64,000 bases of DNA, taken from Craspedostauros australis. Lineage: Eukaryota. The position numbers and the translations under genes are program-made. Where the stretch lies: the NCBI GenBank assembly GCA_030167865.1, contig JALAGF010000383.1, forward strand, positions 1 through 64,000, in the 5' to 3' direction. Below the pieces are notes generated by a model. It was not told the DNA's origin, did no database searches, and saw nothing but the letters and a program-made list of their open reading frames with translations. Shown here one piece after another: positions 33,901 to 45,613 of this stretch. Every line of letters starts with the position of its first letter. Position 1 is the stretch's first letter.

Positions 33901-36900
33901 AATCTTGCATCCATGCAACCTGCTGGTGTGCACATTGAGGTCTGCGAATCGCGAGTTGCAAATTGCGACGTCGTATTGGCGTTTCTATGAATGCTCTGCT
34001 TTACTCTGCTCTGCCACCAGCAGTTGGCCTTGTGACGTGAATGCTGCTTGAGAGTCTCTTTGTGGCTTTGCCGAAGACGTGGCTGGCGAGAACAACACAG
34101 CAGTATTGCATTTCTGCATTTCATCATATCCCCTCAAACTGATCTCATCGAATGCGAAACTCAACTCAACACCTCAACCAATTCTTGAACTTGTTTCCAC
34201 CAAATCGTACCAATCCAAACACAACGCTCCAATTGCACCGCTCCAAACCAACAGGTGTTCAAAGTCGAAACCATCGGTGACTGCTACGTGGCTGTAACTG
34301 GATTACCGGGTAAGGATTGCTATCAATTCAGGCATTGTCGCGAAGTGCAGCGAAAGGCTTCGCTCTATTGCATGTTGTGCTTTTCCATGGATTCATTTGT
34401 CTTCCTTTCCTCTTTGCCTTGCCTGGGTGTGCTCATCTTCGACGAGCAAGGCCACATCACATCACACCATGACATGCATGGGCAAGAGATGTTTCTATGA
34501 TCTCATCAACAACACCTAATCCAGCACCTCATTCACCTGTTCTCACTCTTTTACACTCTCATCGCTCTGCTTTCACCACAACTATCACCCAAACCAATGG
34601 GATACTCGACCGTGCGGAATGGCAAACGCAACCATGGTCATACTTGCACAATGGATGATCACGTCATGCTCTACAACGCAATTGCTTCTCGAATGATACT
34701 CATCCCATCGTAACGTGCATTTATTTTATTGATGCATCCAATACTTTGTATGATACGAACTATGTCTACTCGGATATTGACATGGACAAGAACAGATCCT
34801 CAGAAGGACCACGCAGTGATCATGGCAAAGTTCGCTTACGAATGCATGAGCAAGATGCAGGATCTGGTGGAGAGCCTGGAAGTCAAGCTTGGGCCCGATA
34901 CCGGCGATCTGTCCATGCGATTGGGTATGCACAGCGGACCAGTCACGGCTGGCGTGCTGCGGGGTGAAAAGTCGCGGTTTCAACTGTTCGGCGACACGGT
35001 CAACACGGCCGCTCGGATGGAAAGCACTGGCAAGGCTGGCAAAATCCAGTGCTCGCAGGCGACGGCCGAGCTGCTGATCGCGGGTAACAAGACCCATTGG
35101 ATCTGCCCGCGTGACGAGGTGGTCCAAGCCAAAGGCAAGGGCAAGATTCAAACGTATTGGATCAACCTGAGCCGCGCCATGGACAGTCCATTTGGTGACT
35201 CCACGGATTCGCTTGGATCCTTCGGGTCGTCGGGATTCAGCAAAAGATCCATCGCCATGTCCGTGCGTGACATGTCGCGCTCCATGGTGTGGGGCGAGAG
35301 CACCCAGAGCAACTTCCAGGAGCTGTCGGAAGTCGTTGAGAATCACAAGCACCAGCGTTTGATTGATTGGAATGTGGAGATATTGTCCAAACTGCTTCGC
35401 AAGGTCGTCTCGAGGCGCAAGGAGACGAAGAGCAAGAGCAGCGGGTCATTCCGTTCGCCTGCGCAGATTGGCAACGGCAATCCCATCTACGAAGTGTCGG
35501 AAGCCATTGTCATGCCCGAGTTCAACCACAAGGGGCTGAAGTCCAGCAGGCATGCAGACTCCATCGACCTGGGATACGCCGTTGCCTTCCAACTCAAACA
35601 ATACGTCACGGAAATCGCTTGCCTCTACCACGACGACAACCCGTTCCACAACTTTGAGCATGCGAGCCACGTCACCATGTCGGCGAACAAGCTGCTCAAG
35701 CGCGTCGTGTCACAGGAGCACGTGTACAACCGTAGGCAGTCCATGCGCAAGATAGCGTCGAACCTGCACAACTACACGTACGGCATCACCTCCGATCCGC
35801 TGACGCAGTTCGCCATCGTCTTCTCTGCGCTCATCCATGACGTCGACCACAGCGGAGTTTCCAACATGCAGCTCATCAAGGAGAAGGCCGAACCAGCCTT
35901 GAAGTACGGGGAGAAGAGCGTCGCCGAACAGAACTCTGTGGACATGAGCTGGAAACTGCTGATGAAGGACGAGTACCGAGACTTGCAGAAGTGCATCTAC
36001 GGCAACGACAGCGAGTTCCGGCGGTTCCGCAGCCTGGTTGTCAACTCCGTCATCGCAACGGACATCTTCGACAAGGATCTGAAATCGTTCCGCAACAACC
36101 GCTGGGACAAGGCTTTCCACCAGGGCAACGATGACACCAACCTCATGGCAACAATCGTGATCGAGCACATCATTCAGGCGGCTGATGTGTCGCACACCAT
36201 GCAACAGTAAGTGCGACAATTTGGAATGCTGGCCCGGACAATGACGTCATTGTTGACCATGGCATTGATATTGCTGCCGCTGTTTCTATTGCTGTCGATG
36301 CCGATGGTGGTGTGTCCGTATTGATGCGTGTGCCAGATGTGTGTGTGGGCGAGAGAAGCGGTACCACGATGCGATGATACTCTGTTTGCATGTGCAAATG
36401 ATGCTCGTTCTGTGACCATGCTGTGCAAGCACATTCACTCCACCAATCATACCCGTATGTACGATGCACCCGTCCAACTCCTGTCACTCACCACGTGTCT
36501 CCTATCCATGCCTACTGTTGCTGTTGCTCACTTTACGTGGCCTATCACATGCTCACATGTCCAACCAACCAAACCAAACCAAACGCTCTGTTTATCCCAT
36601 CAACACTATACGTTGCAGTTGGCATATCTACACCAAGTGGAATGAGCGCCTCTTCCACGAGATGTACTCGGCCTTCCGCAATGGAAGAGGTGGAGAGAAG
36701 GACCCATCCGTGGGTTGGTTCAAGGGTGAGTTGTGGTTCTACGACAACTATGTCATCCCGCTGGCCAAGAAGCTGAAGGAATGCAACGTGTTTGGCGTCG
36801 CCAGCGCGGAATGCCTGAACTACGCTATGGAGAACCGTCGCGAGTGGGAGAGCAAGGGTGAAAAGATTGTGGAGAAGATGGTCAAGGCCTACCACTCCGG

Positions 36901-36988
36901 ACAGCGCAGCCTGGATCGCCTCCCGTCGCAGATGGAGGATCCCGACACAGCCAGTAGCACGGGCATCAGCATCATCAGCGCCTCCTAG
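30986..36988 (+). CDS. Receptor-type cyclase - phosphodiesterase fusion, paralog 2, with TM-ectodomain (CHASE-like)-TM; exons 30986-33889, 34255-34309, 34796-36206, 36619-36988 (~1579 aa)
   Basis: TM1 is WIVFGLLGLTTILVSFVVYF and TM2 is LIYTIAVVFTFLFTVGVFIMY. Splicing restores AKKRT|VFKVETIGDCYVAVTGLP|DPQKDHA and SHTMQH|WHIYTKWNERLF. Motifs VLFADISGFT, FQLFGDTVNTAARMES, HNFEHASHV and LIHDVDHSG are present. The spliced length of 4740 nt is a multiple of 3. Confidence 0.93.
33890..34254 (+). other. Intron 1 of cyclase/PDE paralog 2 (365 nt, phase 0)
   Basis: GTCAGT...AACAG boundaries; the join is in frame. Confidence 0.85.
34310..34795 (+). other. Intron 2 of cyclase/PDE paralog 2 (486 nt, phase 1)
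   Basis: GTAAGG...AACAG boundaries; same codon position as the intron in paralog 1. Confidence 0.88.
36207..36618 (+). other. Intron 3 of cyclase/PDE paralog 2 (412 nt, phase 2)
   Basis: GTAAGT...TTGCAG boundaries; CA|T restores the His of TMQHW. Confidence 0.9.
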
Positions 36989-37559
36989 GATAGGTATATA
37001 CTACCATACATAATGTACGAGTATTGTCCGTGCTTGCTACGAATCGGAGTACCGTACATGTGCTGCAATGCTCTGCCATCAGAACTATCATATCATACAA
37101 TACCTGACCTGTGTGATACTGAAGTGGAGTACGTAGGTATGTGATGTGGTCTGGTTGAATTACGAGGTGCATACCGCACAGGCTACTCTCCAGTGCGATC
37201 ACGGGTACGGTTCCTGAATGGTGCACTGTATGAATAGGGCTGAGGATCATGTCCTAATCTGACTTCGTAGGCTGAATCTGATCATGCGGGATTGATTTGG
37301 AAGTCACGTAAAAATGGCAACATTCAATACAATTGGCATCAGATCTTTGGGATTCAATCTTTTCGGGCACCAGAAACAACAGCGACAGTCTTCGTCGTCA
37401 CGGATCCACCCACAACAAACAACAACAGCAACAACAGCGTCAGCAACAGCATTGTCATGGCTGCCAATACTCGCAGAAGTCGGATGTAGACTATTATAAT
37501 AGAATATAATACTTGCACTATCACAACAACCGATCCCATTGTCTAAGCTCAATCTTGCG

Positions 37560-38813
37560 ATGAAGAACAAGAGGCAGATATTGAAAATAGTGCAGTCCAT
37601 CCTGTCGGCCAAGGACAAAGGCAAAAGCAACGGCGAAGGCAGGTCGCAGCAGTCAACAGTGGCGCAGAGGGATGACAAGGGCGATGCTCCAGATGCGCTA
37701 ACTGTTTCCGATCTGCACGTGTTGACCCTGTGCCGATTGTGGGGTGGCATGGGGTACATACACCGAGTGAAGATCATAGGTCGCAAGCACGGCTTCGATG
37801 GCATCGATTACAACAGCAGCAGCGAGAGCGACAGCGGTATTATCATCAAGCACGTGACGCCCCCGAAGCAAAGCCGGCGGTCATTCGGCGATCAACGCAA
37901 GGCTGTCAGTTATCAGGTCGAGGCCAATTTTTATGATCAAGTCGCGGAACAATTGGTCAAAGGAAGCAAAGTTGACTTGCCATACCCCCTCCTTGTGCAG
38001 CATGGACCAGCGGATGGGGAGATCATGATCGCGATGACGTATCTGGAGGGTGATGGGTTCGACGGTGATGATCAGGAGCAGGTGAAGGCGGTCCTTGCCT
38101 GGATGGCGAACTTTCATGCGGCAAGTTGGGGAGGAGCATCCATCGACACGTTGGTGAAACGAGCCAGTCTCCATGAGACTGGAAGTTATTGGTATCTCGA
38201 AACGCGTCCAAGCGAGCACGATTCCATGCCACGGCATGGATGGGAAGGGCGGCTGAAGCGTGCCGCTCGAGCAATCGACGGTTGCATGAAGCGCGATCCG
38301 ATGCAATGCCTGATCCATGGAGATTCCAAAGGGGCCAACATCTTGATCAGGCAAGGATGCGCCGCGTCCTCCGCACCAAAGGACAGCAGCCACGATGGCC
38401 AACCTGCCGTGACTGCATCGATGTACGACTTTCAGTACTGCGGCAAGGGTCCGCCCACGAGAGATCTGGCGTACTTCTTATGCTCATCAGTGTCCCCGAA
38501 ACACGAGGTCGAGTACGTCGCCTTTTACCATGAACGATTGTGCGCGAACTTGTCGGAGTCTGGCATTGTAGATTCGGATGGTAGCTACGGAGACGGAGGT
38601 CGCGACATGGCAGCACCTCCACCGACGCTCGAACATCTGAAGGCATCCCTTGAACTAGCCTTCTGCGACTACTGTCGCTTCATGAGTGGCTGGGGGTATT
38701 GGGGTTTCGATATCAAGGACCGAGTGCGTGGCTTCCTGGACCAATTGGATGGTGGAAGCGATTTGGGCTCGGAGGAGGCATATGATGCTGCCATCCGCAA
38801 GTTGCTGTGGTAA
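37560..38813 (+). CDS. Ecdysteroid-kinase / APH-choline kinase-like phosphotransferase
   Basis: LWGGMG, IIIKHV, YQVEANFY, Brenner-type LIHGDSKGANIL and YDFQYCGKGPPTRDLAYFL. Confidence 0.85.
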   Translation: MKNKRQILKIVQSILSAKDKGKSNGEGRSQQSTVAQRDDKGDAPDALTVSDLHVLTLCRLWGGMGYIHRVKIIGRKHGFDGIDYNSSSESDSGIIIKHVTPPKQSRRSFGDQRKAVSYQVEANFYDQVAEQLVKGSKVDLPYPLLVQHGPADGEIMIAMTYLEGDGFDGDDQEQVKAVLAWMANFHAASWGGASIDTLVKRASLHETGSYWYLETRPSEHDSMPRHGWEGRLKRAARAIDGCMKRDPMQCLIHGDSKGANILIRQGCAASSAPKDSSHDGQPAVTASMYDFQYCGKGPPTRDLAYFLCSSVSPKHEVEYVAFYHERLCANLSESGIVDSDGSYGDGGRDMAAPPPTLEHLKASLELAFCDYCRFMSGWGYWGFDIKDRVRGFLDQLDGGSDLGSEEAYDAAIRKLLW

Positions 38814-41800
38814 ACCAAGAGTGAATGCTAATGGAAACAGAGTCCTTCGGCGTATTCCATGTTGCTCCCGTGTTGACCTGGCGGCTGCGTTTCACGGATC
38901 TACTCGTGTGGTCCAATCTGGGACTATCCTCGTCCGCTTGCGTAGGTACGATGTGCCATACAACTGCGCAAGAATGGAGTTCTGCGTACGTATGCATGCA
39001 TACATGTGTGTATGCTTGCGCCGGACCAATGCCATTTGCTTCTTTCCACTTCGCGGCGTCATCACCTTGTCGCCTGTGATCGACGTCGCCACATCGGTGC
39101 AAGTGCATGGACTTGATCAAGGAAGGCCGACCACGTGGCCTCGGGCTGAGCCAAGTGGACAGATGACACATGCGATCAGAGGCAAGGGTGTGCTTGGAAG
39201 TCGCGAGGCCCATTCTCCGCGATGATATCGCCGCGCATCGCTTCCATTGGCCAACATGTATGCCTACCCGATTGTACCATACGCACGCAAAGATCAGCAC
39301 AGATCAGCACAGCACAGCATAGCACAGACTTTCTGCTCGAGCCGCATGATCGCTGTGCCAATGCCGAAATGAGAGTCGCACTCTTGTGGCTGTTGGTACA
39401 AGACAATCAAGGGAGATTTCATCTTCCGTCATCAAGCGATCCGTGGCAGATTAACTGGATTGGCAAACTTCTTTGCCATTGCGGCATTTTAGAAAAGCCT
39501 TGTGTTCGAACCGACAAAAACGGCATCGGCAGACAGGAACCCTTGTCACCTTGTCATGCAGGGTGTCGTAATAGTAGAGTCGGACCAGTACTCGCACTCT
39601 GTGGTCAGGGAGGAGTCCATACAACGACGTCGCTACGAGAGCGGGTCGCCAATGTCGCCAAGAGACTCTAAAACTTCCACAGGTAGGTCCGCGTGAAACT
39701 CGTACGCGCACGACCTACGACAACGACACCACCTCATTTCCACGATGTTGCTCGAGCAACTCGAACCAGTGAGTGGCTCTTGGAGCACACACCAGACGAA
39801 AAGAACATCTGGAGACAAAACCATCCATGCAGATTTGCTCGGAAACGACGCTTGGGGAAGTGGCTACAATAGGTAAATCTCTCCAAACATATTACACCCT
39901 TCGTACAACCTCCACGCGCACTCCTGCACGAGTTGTTGAAACGACATCTTCTCCCTGCCACACTCTACGATCCGGTATGTTGGGTTGGAACGAGTAGGAC
40001 GATGCCTCTGGTCACAACAGATATCCTCTCGACCACCACCAGTGCTTCCGCATCTGCCGTTGGTGCCAGCGTGGAATGTTCGTGTCATCCTTTGGATGTC
40101 TGCGGAGATCAGCCATTCCAGTACAGAGTGTTATGAGTTTTCTGGGCTGCGCTACCCCGGTACCGATGGGAGTACGAGTGCGAGTACGAGCTGGAGGTTC
40201 GGCTCTCCATGCTCGTATGGCGGCGGCGGGTTTGATGGGAGAGTCCATGGCACCCTCTTGACACGAGCAGCTCGTGCCTCGGATGTGCAGAGTTCGAATG
40301 TAGATGCAGTCACACAACAAACTTCGCAGGTTCGCCAAACAGGTGCTCTGTCTGCCTCTACGACCTAGAGAGATAGAGTGAGCGCAACAATTACGATTAC
40401 TCTTTGACGACATGCTTCAGATCTGCAAGAGGGATTCGGCACCTTGATCTCTCTCTCTCTCTCCACTCCCTGCTTGTAGCTAAACATGTATTGCTCGTTG
40501 CATCATGCTCTACAGTGAATAGAGCACCAGGTTCGTTGTCAGCATCTTGCTCAGCGGCGAAATCCATTCGGCGACTCTCTCTCTCTCTCTCCAGACGATG
40601 CGGATACTATCCAGGTTGGGACCTCCACATTGGCCCGGCTTGTGCGTGTTACTTGTATACGAATAGAGGACGAAAGCTCGTATTCTGAAAGACAAGCATC
40701 CACCGACTCGTTCGCATGCCAACATCGTTGGACATGCATAATAGCTCGCAGGAGACAGTGGGAGGTATTATTATATGACTCAACCCCTGACACACACACA
40801 CACGGCACAGCCAGGTGATTGTGCAGAACGATCTAGACATGGATTCAAACAGAGGTGCTGAGGATCGTTGGCCTCTTTTCATCTGAGTCACATGCCTGGC
40901 AGTTAGACTATTTCTCATTTCGTGACGAGTGCATCCATTTGTCGTAACATACTTCCGCGGCGCAATGGGATACGAACAAGTGCGCCGTGGAGACGTCAGA
41001 GAAGCGGTATGGTAGTTGCTTTTTGCGTCGGCAGGGAGAGTATATCTATCTATCTACCTAATCTATCTGGTCACAGCCCACGAATGTGACGTTCGTGCTG
41101 TTTGCGTGGGTTGGTTTCATTGGTTTCCATTGGTTGACGTCCGCGTTGATGTCTGTGTTGGTGTCGACATTGTTTTCATGTGATGTTCCCTTGTTTTGTT
41201 TTGTTTTGTTTTCCTCCGACATCCGCACAGAGAAGCGGAAATGGTTCCACTGTGCGCAGAATTTTGTGAGGAGGAGGATAATTGATGCGAAAAGGAAGAT
41301 TGCATGCAGAAACGGAGGAACCACCCAGGGTTTGGGCCTATGCAGGATTCTTGATTCGCACAGATACTCAGATGCGGTGTCCGAGTACATACGTATCCCC
41401 CATGCTGTTGTCACAAGATGTCTTCCTCCCTCAGGGGCCTGTTCCACCAAAGTCACACGCGACAAAACCCCACCGCAACAAACATCGGTGCGTTAAGAGG
41501 AATCTCGATTAAATAGCCATACTTATTCCTAATGACACTGATCGTGATGAGGATGTGGTGGCGGCGCACCTTTGAGCTTCTTCACACGTGTTTTCCGCCT
41601 TCCCCATCATTGATTTCTCATCGTGCACGCCGTAGTACACAACGAAAAAACACTTTAGGGTACATTGTACCTCGTTTGCCTTCGAGGTCGAATCGAAGGC
41701 TTAACGTTGACACTTCTTCGCCTTACACGAACTACTTCCTCTTTTCTAATGTTGGTTGCGGCCGTGTTGTTTGTTAGGGCTTTATGGGGGGCTTTTTGTA

Positions 41801-43369
41801 TGAATTGTCGTGATGACGTTGGTGTTTGGGACAGATAAGCCCACGGCTCCACGGTTGGTGTATGAGTCGTCATCTTGATGGTTCGTCATAACTTTCTGCT
41901 TCGTGGCATCTAAGTAGAGTTCTGTCAAATTCACGAATGTGAGGAGGAGCTTAAGTATGGATGCATAAGCAAGTCACAGAAGTACCACAAGAGGTCAGGT
42001 TTGCCGAACTCTTCTTTGCGGACAACAAGATGAGCAGAATGCTTCCCTTTCCTGTCCCCCTGTTTCGCGAGTTTCCAAAAACAAACGGCACAAAATACGC
42101 GTGGGCGTGTGTCCGAACAAACTCAAACAAAGTCACACAAACGAAACACGCGCACACGACACAGAGATTCATGTCATCAGCGTCCACACGCAACGTATCG
42201 CAGTCGTGTGGTATTGCGCTTCAAAAACGGTACAGTAGGATAAGCACTGGTTCTGCAGAACCCTGTTCTGTTCTGCTCTGCTCAACGCTCTCTGGAGATA
42301 TGTATCTCCACACACGTGCCTTGGTCGTAGCTGTCGAAGTGTGTTCTGCACCCTCCTCTTTGTCAACCTTGCTCTGCGCGAGTACCCTTTAGCTCGAACA
42401 ACGACGTTGGTGCGGTGCACAAGTTTGTGTTTGTAGGCTCATCCATGACCAGTTCGGCGGGTCCGGTTCTTCCTGGCTTTCCAGTAACCCCTCCCACTGC
42501 GTTCTTGATCTGTTCTCACGCAAACCACAACCAGCACAAACAGCGACTGAAAAGTTGCAGTCTCCAGCTTTCCATTCATAACTCGTACGCATACCCCATG
42601 CAGACTGCAGTAGGCACTCACAAAGTTCTGCGCAAGCCTCCGATCCTCTCTCCCTGAGCTTCCCCAGAGAGAGAGAGACTGGAACAAATCAGGATACACG
42701 AAGAAGACAAAGCCGCTGACGAGGAGAAGGCCAACCACCAAGACCACCCATCAACAAACATCCCCCTGAGAGGGCACAAAACAAACGGATACTACAACAC
42801 AGCAGGGGCTCTTGCGCAGACAGTCACCAGTACTCACCGAACACTTCGACTACGATTACCCATTCCTACTTGGCACAACGCAGCATCAACAAAAAAAGAA
42901 CAACAACACAGACGCAGACGTCACACCCATCGCTATCGACACCAAGTGAGTCGGTTTCAACCCATAGCGACACTGCCTTCTGGCTCAAGGCAAGAGGAAC
43001 ACGAAGACGGCTGCAAGCAAGCAAACAAGCAACCACAAATACATCTCTCTTCACCTCACAACATCGCATCGACAACGACCAACACTGTCTTCCATCCATC
43101 CATCAACATCGCAGCCCGACGGCGCACACTTGGTCGTGCAATAATCGTTCAATCGCACGGAACGAACATCCAATTGGGACAGAATCAAACTCTTCCACAG
43201 TTCCTCCGAAACCGAAATCAATCTTTCAGCACACGAGTCACCAAACGACCGTGTTTGTCAAGGGCTGCATCGCATCATTTCGGCACTCACACTGGTTGGA
43301 GTGCGATTGGAATCCACCACACCCGTGCTTTCCCGTGTTCGGTCGCCTCTTGTTCTGCAAACTGAGAGG

Positions 43370-45613
43370 ATGGACTGCCCACAACCATCCGACACTGACA
43401 TATACTGCGGGCGAGGCAAGGGTCGCTGGGCGTCACCTGGCAACCAAAGGTTTCGTGAGATAGTCAAGCAAAGTGCACAGACTTACACCGAAGCATCATC
43501 CAAGGCGGCCAAGACGAGGGTCGTGGCGGAGGTCGTTAAGAGGATCAAACAGGGCGGCGTGCGCTTCGTGAAGGCGGGTAAACCTGGCAGATGGGTGGAG
43601 CTGACAAAGAAGGAGGAACGGCACAAAGTTGCGCATGCGATCCGGGATCTGATCAGCAGCACCGACCACGCCAGGGCGAGAGCGACAGCAGGCGACAGCG
43701 CAGAGGAGACGTCACATACCGATAGATCAACGGCCGCGTACTCGTATGCAAACAGTGCTGCCGCACGGATCAATGCAGAAGATGATGGCGACAGCGACGG
43801 CGCTTTCAATGACGAAACGCAAAGCCCCAGAAGGGCATCGGCAGCAGCGACTGGCATTACGGTCGGCACAAGAGCAGGCAGCATGATCAGCACTAGCTTC
43901 GGGGTGCCTGGGAGGAAGCGACGGAGCAGCAGCACCGCGAAGACGAGCCGAAGCAAGGCTCGGAAGCTCAAAGATGCGGCGTTGCAGGAAGCCGATCCAT
44001 CTTCATCGGCGCTCAGTATGAACTTGCTACCATTCGCCAACTTCAACTACACTGGCGGGAACCTTTCCAACGTCAACGCCGGAGACCGCCACCTCAGCCA
44101 ACGCGCTGATGCGATGCCTGTGCTGGGTGGTTTGGGCGGAGGTGAAATTCCCAGTGATGGAGGGACAGCAAACGACCAAGTATCTCCGAGAATGTCGTCG
44201 TCGTCGTCGCTGTTTCCCGATCCAATTCTTTCGGTGCCAAGGCAAGACCAATCAATGACGACAGCAATCATAGCCCAGGCCCCCACAGACCCCACTTGGA
44301 CCATACAACAGATGCGATACACAAACCCTGCAGAGCTCAGGCAACCAACGAGGATTTATTCGATGGCAGACAGCAGCTTCATGTTTCAATCCAACGCTCC
44401 AATACAAACCGTCCCAACCAACACAGCCAGCATGAGTCACGCTGGGATCACTTTCGGAACCGAAGCCGCCAGTATAGCTCCAGCTACAGGTGCTGCCACA
44501 TCCAACCGCCCGAGCGCCTTCAGCGGCATATTACAACAGCAAGGCAGCACAAACGTGTTGAGCTTGGGCAGCGGCGCACCAATAGTCCCAGGGATGTCAG
44601 ACTTCGATCCCAACTGTGCGCAGTATGCCTACATGGCGTTACGTAACAACCAGTTCATCCAGCAGGGACCAGGTTGGCCAGGCACCTCAGTGCCGTCGTT
44701 TTCCGCTTCATTCGACAGTGTTGCAAGTGGTCGTGCGGGCGATGCAGGGAGTGGCACGGCTTCTGCGGAAGACACCAACGCCACAGTTGGCATTGCTAGC
44801 AGCGGGAGTCACAGCCGAAACATATTTGCTGACGTGCCAGATTGGCAGTCTGATAGACTGCCATTGCCTCCCCATGCCGTGTCGAATAGGGGATCCATGC
44901 TGTTTCCACCACGCCCGCCCACGAGCACAGGGCCACAGGTACCACCACGAAGTGCACCGCTGAAAGCAGGCACACCATCTCATGTGACTGAAGGTGCAAG
45001 AGTGCCGTCGGTTGCAGCTGCAGCGACCGCGGGCTCCCTTGCCATACCATCGTTTTCATTGGCAACGCCAACAGTCGATGCAACAGCAGATGCGACAGCA
45101 GCAGCAGACGGAGTCTTCGATGTTGGACAGGCAACGGCGTCTGAGGAATGGCGTGCAGCTATGCGTGCCCCGCCAACATGTTCCGTTGGCAACACTGCCA
45201 TGTCATCTTCTATTACCACGCTGGCGAATCTGGAGGCAGGGTACAACGCAGGCACGCCGCGAAATCCGTCCGGGTCGGGCGCGGGTTCCGCGGATCCGAG
45301 TGCACCCAACACGCCTATGGCATTCTCCACCGACCTTCATGGCTCGTTACCCCAGCCCAACAGGAGATCACAGCCGTCTCACTCGAAAGTGCCAAGTGCG
45401 CAGCATCCACTGGCGTCGGCCCAGACCCGAACAGGGACAGAGGCGGATGAAGCGGCGGGAGGCGCATTCGATCCAGAGAGCAACTTGTTCGGAAACTTTC
45501 ACATGGTACAAGGCGCAGTGCAGGATCGGAGGGGATCACTTGAACAAGGTACGGGTAGAGACCCTGGCATAGGCCCAGCAGATGACACCGCCCGCGCTCG
45601 CAACAAGACGTAG
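43370..45613 (+). CDS. DUF6824-domain protein 2 with a long disordered S/A/P-rich C-terminus
   Basis: PSDTDIYCGRGKG...PGNQRFREIV...KTRVVAEVV..IKQGGVRFVK...WVEL...ERHKVAHAIRD, plus an NLS-like RKRR. ATG at 43370. Confidence 0.82.
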   Translation: MDCPQPSDTDIYCGRGKGRWASPGNQRFREIVKQSAQTYTEASSKAAKTRVVAEVVKRIKQGGVRFVKAGKPGRWVELTKKEERHKVAHAIRDLISSTDHARARATAGDSAEETSHTDRSTAAYSYANSAAARINAEDDGDSDGAFNDETQSPRRASAAATGITVGTRAGSMISTSFGVPGRKRRSSSTAKTSRSKARKLKDAALQEADPSSSALSMNLLPFANFNYTGGNLSNVNAGDRHLSQRADAMPVLGGLGGGEIPSDGGTANDQVSPRMSSSSSLFPDPILSVPRQDQSMTTAIIAQAPTDPTWTIQQMRYTNPAELRQPTRIYSMADSSFMFQSNAPIQTVPTNTASMSHAGITFGTEAASIAPATGAATSNRPSAFSGILQQQGSTNVLSLGSGAPIVPGMSDFDPNCAQYAYMALRNNQFIQQGPGWPGTSVPSFSASFDSVASGRAGDAGSGTASAEDTNATVGIASSGSHSRNIFADVPDWQSDRLPLPPHAVSNRGSMLFPPRPPTSTGPQVPPRSAPLKAGTPSHVTEGARVPSVAAAATAGSLAIPSFSLATPTVDATADATAAADGVFDVGQATASEEWRAAMRAPPTCSVGNTAMSSSITTLANLEAGYNAGTPRNPSGSGAGSADPSAPNTPMAFSTDLHGSLPQPNRRSQPSHSKVPSAQHPLASAQTRTGTEADEAAGGAFDPESNLFGNFHMVQGAVQDRRGSLEQGTGRDPGIGPADDTARARNKT

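Noticed and set aside
38820-43300. Many short ORFs in a long intergenic region
   Set aside because: No motifs, no consistent frame or codon bias, and interspersed microsatellites. Treated as non-coding.
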